Positions 49,567 to 59,300 of a stretch of DNA of 64,000 nucleotides are shown here, piece by piece. The notes below the pieces were generated by a model. It ran no database searches. It saw only the letters and a program-made list of their open reading frames with translations, and was not told the origin of the DNA. A program made the translations under genes and the position numbers. How positions within the stretch are numbered: position 1 is the stretch's first letter; each line of letters opens with the position of its first letter. Source of the stretch: Eggerthellaceae bacterium. Lineage in GTDB: Archaea; Thermoplasmatota; Thermoplasmata; Methanomassiliicoccales; Methanomethylophilaceae. The stretch is taken from NCBI GenBank assembly GCA_963651945.1, contig CAVJRF010000003.1, positions 41,432 through 105,431 on the forward strand, in the 5' to 3' direction.

Positions 49567-51048
49567 ATGAAGATAGGATTCGATAACGACCTCTACTTGA
49601 AGACACAGTCAGAACACATAAAGGAACGTATCGAGAAGTTCGGTGGGAAGCTGTACCTCGAGTTCGGAGGGAAGCTCTTCGATGACTATCACGCATCCAG
49701 GGTACTGCCGGGATTCCACCCCGACAGTAAGATATCCATGCTCATGCAGCTGAAGGATCAGGCGGAGGCAATCGTCTGCATCAACTCCAACGATATCGAG
49801 AAGAACAAGATCCGCGGGGACCTCGGCATCACATACGATCTCGAGGTGATGAGATTGGTGGATTCCTTCGAGAACAGAGGGATCAGGGTCTGCGGAGTCG
49901 TACTCACGATGTACGCGGAACAGCGTGCCGCCAAGGTCTTCGAGCAGAGGTTGTTGGATCAGGGTATGAAGGTATACCACCACTACGAGATCGAAGGATA
50001 TCCCGCGAACATACCGTTGATCGTGAGCGAAGCGGGATACGGTAAGAACGAGTTCGTCGAGACCACCAAGCCCCTCGTCGTCGTGACGGCACCCGGTCCT
50101 GGAAGCGGTAAGATGGCCGTCTGTCTCTCACAATTGTATCACGAGAACAAGAACGGTACCAAGGCAGGATATGCGAAGTTCGAGACGTTCCCCATATGGA
50201 ACCTCCCGCTGATCCATCCTGTGAACATCGCCTATGAGGCGGCGACAGCGGATCTGAACGATAAGAACATGATAGATCCGTTCCACCTCGCCGCTTACGG
50301 CAAGACCACGGTCAATTACAACAGGGACATCGAGGTGTTCCCGGTCCTCAACGAGATGCTCAACCAGATCATGGGCATCTCCCCGTACAAATCACCGACC
50401 GATATGGGTGTGAACATGGCAGGCAACTGTATCGTCGATGACGTTGCCGTACGCAAGGCCGCAGAGGAGGAGATCATCCGCCGTTACCTCAACGCACAGC
50501 GCGAGAGGAAACAGGGTAACGGAAGCGACAGGATCGTGACCAAGATCGATCTGCTGATGAAACAGCTCGACATCAAAGAAGATGACCGCAAGGTCGTCTC
50601 CGCGGTCAGGAAGAAGATGCTGTCCGTCAACGTACCCGTAGCCGCCATAGAGCTCAATGACGGGACGATCGTCACCGGGAAGGCCGGCGACCTGTTGGGA
50701 GCATCGCCCGCGATGATACTCAATGCACTGAAGGTCATCGCAAACATACCGGATGACGTGCACCTCATCGCACCGGAGTTCGTGGAACCCGTGCGTAAGC
50801 TCAAGGAGATAATGGGCGAGAAGAACGTCACGCTCACCATCAACGATGTGCTCATCGCGTTGTCCATCTATGCGGCGAAGGACGAGAACGCGAGGAGGGC
50901 ATTGGATCAGTTGCCGAACCTCAAGGGTTGCGAGGTACACCTGTCGATAATCCCGAACAGCGTCAACGAGGCCACGTACAGGAAGTTGGGTGTGAACCTC
51001 ACATGCGAACCGAGGTACGAGACCAGTTGCATGTATCACAAGAATTGA
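49567..51048 (+). CDS. DUF1846/UPF0371 family protein
   Basis: LYLEFGGKLFDDYHASRVLPGF, APGPGSGK, KFETFPIWN, SPTDMGVN. Confidence 0.9.
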   Translation: MKIGFDNDLYLKTQSEHIKERIEKFGGKLYLEFGGKLFDDYHASRVLPGFHPDSKISMLMQLKDQAEAIVCINSNDIEKNKIRGDLGITYDLEVMRLVDSFENRGIRVCGVVLTMYAEQRAAKVFEQRLLDQGMKVYHHYEIEGYPANIPLIVSEAGYGKNEFVETTKPLVVVTAPGPGSGKMAVCLSQLYHENKNGTKAGYAKFETFPIWNLPLIHPVNIAYEAATADLNDKNMIDPFHLAAYGKTTVNYNRDIEVFPVLNEMLNQIMGISPYKSPTDMGVNMAGNCIVDDVAVRKAAEEEIIRRYLNAQRERKQGNGSDRIVTKIDLLMKQLDIKEDDRKVVSAVRKKMLSVNVPVAAIELNDGTIVTGKAGDLLGASPAMILNALKVIANIPDDVHLIAPEFVEPVRKLKEIMGEKNVTLTINDVLIALSIYAAKDENARRALDQLPNLKGCEVHLSIIPNSVNEATYRKLGVNLTCEPRYETSCMYHKN

Positions 51049-51055
51049 AAATGTA

Positions 51056-51133
51056 TGGCGGACGAGGGGGGATTCGAACCCCCGGCTTACAGCTTAGGAG
51101 GCTGTCGCCATATCCAAGCTAGGCCACTCGTCC
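51056..51133 (-). tRNA. tRNA-Arg(CCT), CCA encoded
   Basis: GGACGAG...acagc-ctCCTaa-gctgt...GGTTCGAATCC...CTCGTCCGCCA. Confidence 0.95.
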
Positions 51134-51189
51134 GTATGATTCCGTGTATAAGGGAGTTAGATAAAAAGGTTTGGAGAGAGGAGTGGGTC

Positions 51190-51933
51190 TCACTCCTCTG
51201 TCTTCTCTTTCTTCGCTGCAGGCTTCTTCTTTTTCTTGTCTGCAACATCCGTCGCGGGTGCCTTGGACCAGACCTCGACGAGCTTGATCGTGTCGACACC
51301 GAAGGACTCCCTCATGTCGCTGACGATCTTGAATTTCATCATGGGCCACTCCTGGCTGAACTTGACGATGTCGGGGAGGAGGATCGAGACCTCGTTGTCT
51401 CCGAACTCGAACGAGAATCCATCGGATGTTCCGAATGCCATCTCGACGATCGCTTTCGCCTTCTCTTCCTGGCCCTTGATGACCTCGGTCACGGTGAACT
51501 CGTACCTGAGGTCCTTGCCTGCGAGAGGGTTGTTGAAATCGACCTTGACACGTCCTGCTCCTGCGGACATGATGATTCCTGTCCTGTTGCCGAATTTGAC
51601 CTCGAGTCCGGGGTAGGGGTTGATCTCCTGCTTGTAGAACTCCCTGACGGGGTATGTCTCGATGAGCTTGGGGTCCCTCGCTCCTGCTGCATCCTTGGAC
51701 TCGATCTCGATGGAGACCTCCTTGCCGATGGATGCGTTCGTGATTGCCTCGTCGAGTGCCTTGAAGACCTTTCCGGATCCGACGATGTATGCCATGGGTG
51801 CGTACTTGTATTTCTCGTTGTAGAGACCTGCATCCTTTGCTTTGGACTCCGAGGTGGTGTCGTAGAGCCTGTCGATGTCTGCGATGTATGCGTTGTAATC
51901 GATGCGAACGATGTCGCCCTTGTTGAATGCCAT
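51190..51933 (-). CDS. Archaeal long-type FKBP peptidyl-prolyl isomerase (SlyD-like)
   Basis: GDIVRIDY, YDTT, GRVKVDFNNPLAGKDL. ATG 51933 after AGGTGA. Confidence 0.9.
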   Translation of the reverse strand: MAFNKGDIVRIDYNAYIADIDRLYDTTSESKAKDAGLYNEKYKYAPMAYIVGSGKVFKALDEAITNASIGKEVSIEIESKDAAGARDPKLIETYPVREFYKQEINPYPGLEVKFGNRTGIIMSAGAGRVKVDFNNPLAGKDLRYEFTVTEVIKGQEEKAKAIVEMAFGTSDGFSFEFGDNEVSILLPDIVKFSQEWPMMKFKIVSDMRESFGVDTIKLVEVWSKAPATDVADKKKKKPAAKKEKTEE

Positions 51934-52141
51934 TTGATTCACCTTTCGCAGCAATGCTGCTATGGGCGGTACTATCTCTGCGGATGATATAAACATTTAG
52001 GTGTTTTTTCAAATATATTATATCAATATTTCCATCCGTGTATAGAAAAATTTATAAATTGTTTGTAGCAAATCAAGCCATCTCGGATAGCCAGACAAGG
52101 ATAAAGATTAAAAAGGAGTCCGATATACACGGATTGCTAAT

Positions 52142-52218
52142 GCCACCTTTGCATAGCCCGGTAGTGCGGCTGACTTGTAATCAGCAGGTCGGGGATTCGA
52201 ATTCCTCAGGTGGCTCCA
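52142..52218 (+). tRNA. tRNA-Thr(TGT), CCA encoded
   Basis: GCCACCT...gctga-ctTGTaa-tcagc...TTCGAAT...AGGTGGCTCCA. Confidence 0.93.
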
Positions 52219-52760
52219 TTCCTTCTAACAACCATCATCAAGCTACTGCAGAGATCATAACGCCCTCTTCAGATTACGATTTCAAGTTTGAAGAAGACCT
52301 CATTCGGTCAGTAATCTGAGTGTAGAGCCGTAATACAAAGAAAGTCTATGGATCGTCTCTTCACTCACATCTGACTCATTGTCTTTGGTGAGTGGATGAG
52401 GCGATGTTTCGAACGAAATTTCTGGATCGTGACGCATGGAATCCGAAGAGATCGACTTCGATGACTCGCAATCACCCATCATCATTTGTATGAATCTCTT
52501 ATCCTGTTCCATCCATCTCATCTCCGATATGCTTGGTCATCGACCTATGATGCATCTATCGCTGCAAACGATCTTGGATCGTTTCCATTCGGTATGTTCG
52601 GCAATTATGACTGCGGCGTAATCGCCAATCCCAGACATTGGTTCCATCGATGATATGCCGAAACGTCCGACCCTCATTGGACAAGGTATGTGGGGCGTGA
52701 GCTCCCGCCATCCATCCCCTTACCTCGCAACGTAGTCCATCGATCGATTTGCCTTTACGG

Positions 52761-52973
52761 TTACCTGTCTCCCTTCCACGTTATGTTCACATCTGTGTTC
52801 AGTTGGCGTATCTCCAATCTGATATCTTCAAGAGCCTTCAATACAGCCATCTTGAACTCTGCATCACTCATATCTACGATTCCTTTCTGCCATTCCATCA
52901 TCTTCTCACTCTCCTTATACGTCTCACTCTTCTCGGAACATTCTTCAGCACTGTACCATTCCGTCTCGGACAT
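52761..52973 (-). CDS. Small hypothetical acidic/coiled-coil protein
   Basis: 70-aa ORF with protein-like composition (MSDAEFKMAVLKALEDIRLEIRQL). Confidence 0.5.
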   Translation of the reverse strand: MSETEWYSAEECSEKSETYKESEKMMEWQKGIVDMSDAEFKMAVLKALEDIRLEIRQLNTDVNITWKGDR

Positions 52974-53125
52974 CCGTCATACCGCACGAAGAATCCAATT
53001 GATCATTAGAACAGGATGCGACTATAAAGCGATACATATAACGCGGATATCCGGCGACAAATGCCTCCGCACAATACCTGACATCCAACAGAAAGACCAC
53101 AGCCATCCTTGGACCATGACAACGA

Positions 53126-53271
53126 TCAGAATGGTCTCTCCAGGATCTCCTCGTCCATCAGGAAATCTATGATTCCCAGGTGATGATGCCGCGATCATCC
53201 ACCTACGGACGGCTTCTCCCGTTGATTATGATGAATTTTCTGAAGGAATCGTTCACCTTGAGGAAAGGTCT
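53126..53271 (-). pseudogene. Orphan, disrupted 3' fragment of a paralog of the 53426-54679 ATPase
   Basis: RPFLKVNDSFRKFIIINGRSRP*VDDRGII/(frameshift)GIIDFLMDEEIL aligns with RPFLKTGDFFKKIVV...DDRGILYIGVMDFLLD. Confidence 0.8.
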
Positions 53272-53320
53272 GCCAATTTTTAGTCGACACGTAGACATGT
53301 AATGGAATGATATCTACGTG

Positions 53321-54839
53321 CTTCGGACATCAAGATCCATGCAGACATGATATCCGGCGCATACATTCGATCATATGGGCCCGAAACTTCGGTATCTCAT
53401 AACTCACATGGATCCGAGGTCTTGGTCAGAGATCCATACTATCCTGATCGAGGAGGAAATCCATGACGCCAATGTAAAGGATCCCTCTGTCATCGCGATG
53501 TGCTGGCGCATCATACCCGGTCACTACGATCTTCTTGAAGAAATCACCCGTCTTCAGGAATGGTCTGATCTCGGATGCCCTCTTCTCCTCATCGTCCATC
53601 ACATATGCCGACTGAATATAGTAGCGTTTGTCCCCTTTGTTGGCAACGAAATCTATCTCAAGCTTCTTCTTCATGACCTTGCGATCCGATGTTCTCTCAG
53701 ACACATCCACAACACCCACATCCACCTTGAATCCTCTTGAACGGAGTTCGTTGAATATCACATTCTCCATCAGATGTGGAAATTCGGTCTGTCTGAAATT
53801 CAACCTGGCATTCCTCAGGCCCGGGTCCACGGAATAATATTTCACAGTATGTTCCAGGTAGGACCTTCTCTTGAGATCGTACCTCTTGGATTCTTCGAAG
53901 AGATATGCATCCTCCAGGAACGTGATGTAGCTGGAGACGGTGGAATCGTCCACCGCTCTGTTCCTCTTAGTGATCAACGTATCCTTCATCTTAGTGGGAT
54001 TGGATAGACATCCGATATTGGAGGAAAGGACATCGACCAGGTTATCCATCACAGCGGGCATCCTGATGTTGTGACGTTCCTTTATATCCCTCAGATAGAC
54101 CATATCCATCACGAATGCCAGATAGTCGGCCTTCTGCTCCCCGCCCTTCTTATTCACGACCTCTGGCAATCCACCGTATGTCATATACTCCTTCCATGCC
54201 TCGGATACGGTACCGTCGAAGACAGAATAGAACTCGGAGAACGATAACGGCCTCAGGTGTACCTCGTCCGCTCTCCCCCTGAATTCCGTTATGACGTCGC
54301 GTGAGAGCAATCTTGAATTGCTACCTGTCACGTAGACATCTACATTCCCCATCTTCAGGAGACCGTTCAATACCGATTCGAAATTATCTGCGAGCTGTAT
54401 CTCATCCAACAGGACATAGTATCTATCGTCGCTTCCGATCAGTTCGCATATGTGATCGTACAAAGGTTCGGCCGAGAGATATCTTATGAACTTCGGCGTA
54501 TCGAGAGGCATCTCGATTATGTGCGATTCATCTACGCCATCATTCAACAGGTGATCCTTGAACAGTTTAAACAACAGGTATGATTTTCCGCATCTCCTTA
54601 TCCCTGTGACGACCTTTACCGTGCCATTCCATTCTCTGTCGATCAATCTCTGGAGATAGATGTCCCTTTTGATCTCCATCCTATTCCTCTGTTTGTCTAT
54701 TGTAATATAAATTGCCGAATATCTATTTAAAATTTATATAGTCAAATATCCGACGATCAGCATGTTCTTACATTACAACCAGAACTTCAAACATCGGAAT
54801 CCGCGCAAATATGATATCCGGCGTGTCCATTCGATCATA
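53321..54839. repeat. Imperfect 55-bp direct repeat (53321-53375, 54785-54839) bracketing the ATPase
   Basis: Gap-free manual alignment, 43/55 identical, with cores atgatatccggcg and cattcgatcata. Confidence 0.75.
53426..54679 (-). CDS. AAA_14-family ATP-binding protein with DUF4143 domain
   Basis: GIRRCGKS, LLDEIQ, TGSNS, YGGLP, MENVIFNEL, EIDFVA. Confidence 0.9.
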   Translation of the reverse strand: MEIKRDIYLQRLIDREWNGTVKVVTGIRRCGKSYLLFKLFKDHLLNDGVDESHIIEMPLDTPKFIRYLSAEPLYDHICELIGSDDRYYVLLDEIQLADNFESVLNGLLKMGNVDVYVTGSNSRLLSRDVITEFRGRADEVHLRPLSFSEFYSVFDGTVSEAWKEYMTYGGLPEVVNKKGGEQKADYLAFVMDMVYLRDIKERHNIRMPAVMDNLVDVLSSNIGCLSNPTKMKDTLITKRNRAVDDSTVSSYITFLEDAYLFEESKRYDLKRRSYLEHTVKYYSVDPGLRNARLNFRQTEFPHLMENVIFNELRSRGFKVDVGVVDVSERTSDRKVMKKKLEIDFVANKGDKRYYIQSAYVMDDEEKRASEIRPFLKTGDFFKKIVVTGYDAPAHRDDRGILYIGVMDFLLDQDSMDL

Positions 54840-54870
54840 AGAACAATCCACATCGAACGAACGTGAGCCG

Positions 54871-55443
54871 ATGGTATACGAGAACGTCCTCAACATCACC
54901 TCCAGAGCGGAATTCAGAGAATGGCTGGAACAGCATTCACAGAGCGAGAGGGAATGCTATGTATGTGCGGTCAGAGGGCGTCCTACGGATGATGATCGTC
55001 TGTGGTACATCGATGCGGTAGAGGAGGCACTGTGCTTCGGATGGATCGACAACACCGTCAGAACGATCGACGGCAGGAGGATGCAACGCTTCTCGCCGAG
55101 AAGGAAGGGCAGCAATTGGACTGAACTGAACAAGGAACGCGTCCGCAGATTGGAGAGACTCGGATTGATGACCGATACAGGAAGGGCCGTACTCCCGCCG
55201 ATGGACGATCCCGTGACGGACGAGGAGATAGAATCCGCCCTCAGGGATGCCGGCGTATGGTCCACATTCACCACCTTCCATCCACTGTACCAGCGTGTCA
55301 GGATCTCCAACCTGTGCTCATGCCGTGATCGGGATCGCGGATCCTATGAGAAGGGATTGAAACATCTTATCGAGGAGACCTCCGAAGGAAGGATGTTCGG
55401 CGATTGGAACGATCACGGAAGGCTCTTGGATGATGGGATGTAG
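54871..55443 (+). CDS. YdeI/OmpD-associated family protein
   Basis: FREWLEQH, AVEEALCFGWID, FSPRRKGSNWTELNK. Confidence 0.85.
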   Translation: MVYENVLNITSRAEFREWLEQHSQSERECYVCAVRGRPTDDDRLWYIDAVEEALCFGWIDNTVRTIDGRRMQRFSPRRKGSNWTELNKERVRRLERLGLMTDTGRAVLPPMDDPVTDEEIESALRDAGVWSTFTTFHPLYQRVRISNLCSCRDRDRGSYEKGLKHLIEETSEGRMFGDWNDHGRLLDDGM

Positions 55444-55549
55444 ACGTCACCCGTCCCGCAGATCGGACGGGCTCGTGGCCTCCGGTTTGACGCAGGATCG
55501 AACTTTGCTATTCATCGTTTTATAATGAGAGTACATTGCCCGGTCTGGG

Positions 55550-58500
55550 ATGCGTATGAACGAGAAGGTTCTCAGAGAGCTCACAGGACTCAGGGACAGG
55601 ATTAGAAAGGATACGCCTACGGAGAGCGGAAGGACCGCTACGATCTGTACCGACAAGGCATTGGTGAGCATCGCCACGGAGATGCCCAGAACGTTGGACG
55701 AGATGAGGAATCTCGACAACGTCAGCAAGGAGTTCGTCGATAAGTACGGCGACCAATTCCTCGAGATAGTCAAGAGGAACCTCGTATCCGTCGATGTCTC
55801 GCAGAAAGGTTACCAGATGACCGAGAACCAATCATCCGTCCTGAAGGAGTTGGAGAAGAACCTCGTCGACATCAACAGGAGGAACAAACTCCTGTATCTC
55901 GCGAAATCGCAATCCAAACATGCCCAGGATCTCTACAGCAAGAGATTCGATATCAGGGATCTGGTCTTCGGCAGGAGGAGGGAGATCGTCATATGCGATC
56001 GTAACGACGATCCCAAGGGCTATACCGCATTCTCCAGCATCCTCAGGGAGGCCAACCGTGACATACGCGAGAAGGGAAGGAACGACCTCTACATCGGATA
56101 TCCCTTCGTCAAGGGAAGATTGCAGGGAGAGGGTTTCGAGGTGAGGGCACCGTTGGCACTCATCCCCGTGAAGGCCGATAGGAATCCCGACCGCATCTCG
56201 TTACGTCTCGACGAGGATAGGACGACACTGTTCAACAACATCCTGATCCTCGCTTATCACAAACATAACAACATCAGGAAGGTGCTCCCCGATCCCGAGT
56301 TCGAGGATTATGACGGTACCAATCTCGTCTCCACCATAATCAGGCACTACGCAGACGAGGGCATTGTGATCCGCACGAACAATGCGGACATAGATACGGT
56401 CCCGTTCAAGGACTACAAAGCGGGGGAGTTCCCGAAGTACTCCGTAGGAGAACTGAATCTCGAGATGGCCTCCGTATTGGGTAAGTTCACCATGCAGACC
56501 AGTTCGATCCACAGGGATTACGACCAGATGCTCGAATCCAACGAGATCAACGACCTGCTCAACAACCTGATCGATGCATACAACGTCGATACGTACGACG
56601 ATACATTCTACGGCGACAAGGAGATCGCCGACAGGAAGGACCGCGGGGACGTATCCGAGAAGGATATGGTGTACATCAACGATCTGAACGGATCCCAGGA
56701 GATGGTGCTCAAGACCATAGAGAGGACGAAGGAACTCGTCATACAGGGTCCGCCCGGTACAGGTAAATCGCAGACCATCGCCAGTCTCATCGTGGACTCC
56801 GTCAACAAAGGGAGGACGGTGATGATGGTCTCCGAGAAGAAGACCGCGTTGGATGTGGTCTACTCCCGTCTCGGCATACTCTCCAAGTATGCCGTCCAGA
56901 TAGACGATATCGGGGACAAGGAGAGCTTCTACAAGCAGATGGACGATCTCATCAACATACGTTACACACCGCAGCAATGCTCGGAGATCGATACGATCTC
57001 CGCAGAGATAGATGCCGAGGTGGAACGCCTGAATGCGATCGCACGCACCCTCTTCACACCTAACGAGTTCGGTATCGAGCCCTATCAGCTGTATCACTGC
57101 AACGACAAGGTCCCGACGTACGACAACCGTCAGTACGAGGTGTACAAGACACTCTCGCAGTTCAACGGCATCACCGATATGAGATACAACGACCTCAAGG
57201 GATCCTACGACCTGTTCTGCAACCAGTACATGACGGACAACCTCTGCAGGTACAAATCCCACATAGGGAACTGTTCCGTGCTCCCCTCATTCGACAGGAG
57301 CCTGAAGAACTTCGACCTCCGCTCCATGACCGACGATATGGCCCGCATATCCGGTGACATCGACAGGTGGAAGAGCAAATTCTTCCTCGTGAGGATATTC
57401 ACCAAGGGATCCGTCAACAAGGAGATCCGCGGGTTCGTCGACAGGTACATGCCCAACGGCAATGCCGGTGAACTGACCAACGACATACTGAACAAGGGAT
57501 TCGGGAACATCAGGTACGGTATCGACAACTATGACGATTTCATAAGCACCAATGCGATCTTCGAAGGGATAACCGACGCACAGAGGGAGTATCTCGATGT
57601 GTTGTCCACCATAAGGACATCGTATCCCGACGGCAACATGGCCAATCAGCTCCTGTATTCGCAACTGATAGATTGGCATATCGAGGAGTTCAGGAAGAGG
57701 AACGTACAGGTCTTCAACACGATCGATGATTTCAACAACATCATCAGGAGGATACAGGACCTCACAACCAAGAAGAAGGAGCTCTCCATCAGGAAGACGG
57801 ATCGTCTCCTGTATGACGACCTTGCGATGTACATGAACGATCCCGAGAAGAAGGGTTGCAAGGAACTCCGTCGCAGGGTCGAGAGCAAACGCAAGAAGAG
57901 CGTCAACCTCTTCGTGAGGATGTTCTCCGCCCAACTGTTCAAGGGTGTCAAGATATGGCTGATGACACCCGAGGTCGTATCCGAGATAATACCGTTCGAG
58001 AAGGGTAGATTCGATCTCCTAATCTTCGATGAGGCATCGCAGATGTACAGGGAGAAGGGACTGCCGGCGATCTACCGTGCGAAGAAGGTCGTCATCGCAG
58101 GTGACGACAAACAGCTCCGTCCCTCGAGCATCGGTAAGGGGAGATTCGATTCGTCATCCGATGACGATGATGAGGATCAGGATGCAGCGATAGAGGAGAC
58201 GAGTCTCCTGGATCTTGCGAAATCCAAGTACACACCCGTCCTTCTGGACTACCATTACCGTTCGAAGTACGAGGAGTTGATCAACTTCTCCAACTACGCC
58301 TTCTACAGGGGGAGATTGTACGTCTCACCCAATGTCGCCGAACCAGATGAACCTCCGATCAAGATGCATATCGTCAACGGTGTGTGGGCCGACAGGTGCA
58401 ACATCAAGGAAGCGAAGAAGGTCGTCGAACTCATCAAGGAATTCTTCGACAGGAGGAGGAACAAGGAGACGTTGGGTGTGATCACGTTCAACATCAACCA

Positions 58501-59275
58501 ACGCGATCTCATCGAGAGACTGATCGACGAGGAATGCGCCAAGGACCGCGTGTTCGCCGCAAGATACGAGGAGGAATCCGTTCGTAAGGAGAACGGCGAG
58601 GATGTGGGATTGTTCATCAGGAGCATCGAGAACGTACAGGGTGACGAACGTGACGAGATCATATTCTCCGTCGCATACGCCAAGGATTCCGACGGACGTT
58701 TCAGACGTCTCTTCGGTATGCTCAGTCAGGAGGGCGGAGAGAACCGTCTGAACGTGGCGATAACGCGTGCGAAGAGGAAGATACAGATCGTCACATCCAT
58801 GAGACCGTCGGAGTTCGATGTCAGCGGTATATCGTCCAAAGGGCCGTTCTTCCTCAGGAAGTATCTCGAATACTCGTATGCGATCAGCAACGGTGACAAG
58901 GAGGCGGCCAAGAGGGTACTCCATTCCTTCCATGACGAACAGGATCCCGGTAGTTCGGTGAGGTTCGACAGCGAGTTCGAAGAAGAGGTGTACGATGCGT
59001 TGAAGGACAGGGGATTGGATGTCGATACTCAGATAGGTGTCGGAGGATACAGCATCGATCTCGCCGTGAAGAAGAACGGAAGATACATCCTCGGAATAGA
59101 ATGCGACGGCAAGTTGTATCATTCATCGAACTCCGCCCGCGAGAGGGACTTCCACAGACAGAAGTATCTCGAATCCAGAGGTTGGAGTATCCACAGGATC
59201 TGGAGTCCGAACTGGTGGAACGACAGAGAGAAGGAATTGGACAGGATCGTGTCGATCGTCCAATCGCTCTCGTGA
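55550..59275 (+). CDS. HRDC + DUF4011-like + SF1 (Upf1-like) helicase + Vsr/MTES_1575-like endonuclease
   Basis: N-terminal DKALVSIA..MPRT....VDKYGDQFL, LVDINRRNKLL, GPPGTGKS, DEASQ, HYRS, VQGDERD, RLNVAITRA, IDLAV...IECDG..YH...RERD..RQ. Confidence 0.88.
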   Translation: MRMNEKVLRELTGLRDRIRKDTPTESGRTATICTDKALVSIATEMPRTLDEMRNLDNVSKEFVDKYGDQFLEIVKRNLVSVDVSQKGYQMTENQSSVLKELEKNLVDINRRNKLLYLAKSQSKHAQDLYSKRFDIRDLVFGRRREIVICDRNDDPKGYTAFSSILREANRDIREKGRNDLYIGYPFVKGRLQGEGFEVRAPLALIPVKADRNPDRISLRLDEDRTTLFNNILILAYHKHNNIRKVLPDPEFEDYDGTNLVSTIIRHYADEGIVIRTNNADIDTVPFKDYKAGEFPKYSVGELNLEMASVLGKFTMQTSSIHRDYDQMLESNEINDLLNNLIDAYNVDTYDDTFYGDKEIADRKDRGDVSEKDMVYINDLNGSQEMVLKTIERTKELVIQGPPGTGKSQTIASLIVDSVNKGRTVMMVSEKKTALDVVYSRLGILSKYAVQIDDIGDKESFYKQMDDLINIRYTPQQCSEIDTISAEIDAEVERLNAIARTLFTPNEFGIEPYQLYHCNDKVPTYDNRQYEVYKTLSQFNGITDMRYNDLKGSYDLFCNQYMTDNLCRYKSHIGNCSVLPSFDRSLKNFDLRSMTDDMARISGDIDRWKSKFFLVRIFTKGSVNKEIRGFVDRYMPNGNAGELTNDILNKGFGNIRYGIDNYDDFISTNAIFEGITDAQREYLDVLSTIRTSYPDGNMANQLLYSQLIDWHIEEFRKRNVQVFNTIDDFNNIIRRIQDLTTKKKELSIRKTDRLLYDDLAMYMNDPEKKGCKELRRRVESKRKKSVNLFVRMFSAQLFKGVKIWLMTPEVVSEIIPFEKGRFDLLIFDEASQMYREKGLPAIYRAKKVVIAGDDKQLRPSSIGKGRFDSSSDDDDEDQDAAIEETSLLDLAKSKYTPVLLDYHYRSKYEELINFSNYAFYRGRLYVSPNVAEPDEPPIKMHIVNGVWADRCNIKEAKKVVELIKEFFDRRRNKETLGVITFNINQRDLIERLIDEECAKDRVFAARYEEESVRKENGEDVGLFIRSIENVQGDERDEIIFSVAYAKDSDGRFRRLFGMLSQEGGENRLNVAITRAKRKIQIVTSMRPSEFDVSGISSKGPFFLRKYLEYSYAISNGDKEAAKRVLHSFHDEQDPGSSVRFDSEFEEEVYDALKDRGLDVDTQIGVGGYSIDLAVKKNGRYILGIECDGKLYHSSNSARERDFHRQKYLESRGWSIHRIWSPNWWNDREKELDRIVSIVQSLS

Positions 59276-59300
59276 TCGTATGGGGAGTATTCCCCATCGG

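Noticed and set aside
52530..52650. IS110 transposase remnant (minus-strand SGIGDYAAVIIAE)
   Set aside because: Only a ~13-residue resemblance, which is insufficient without a search.
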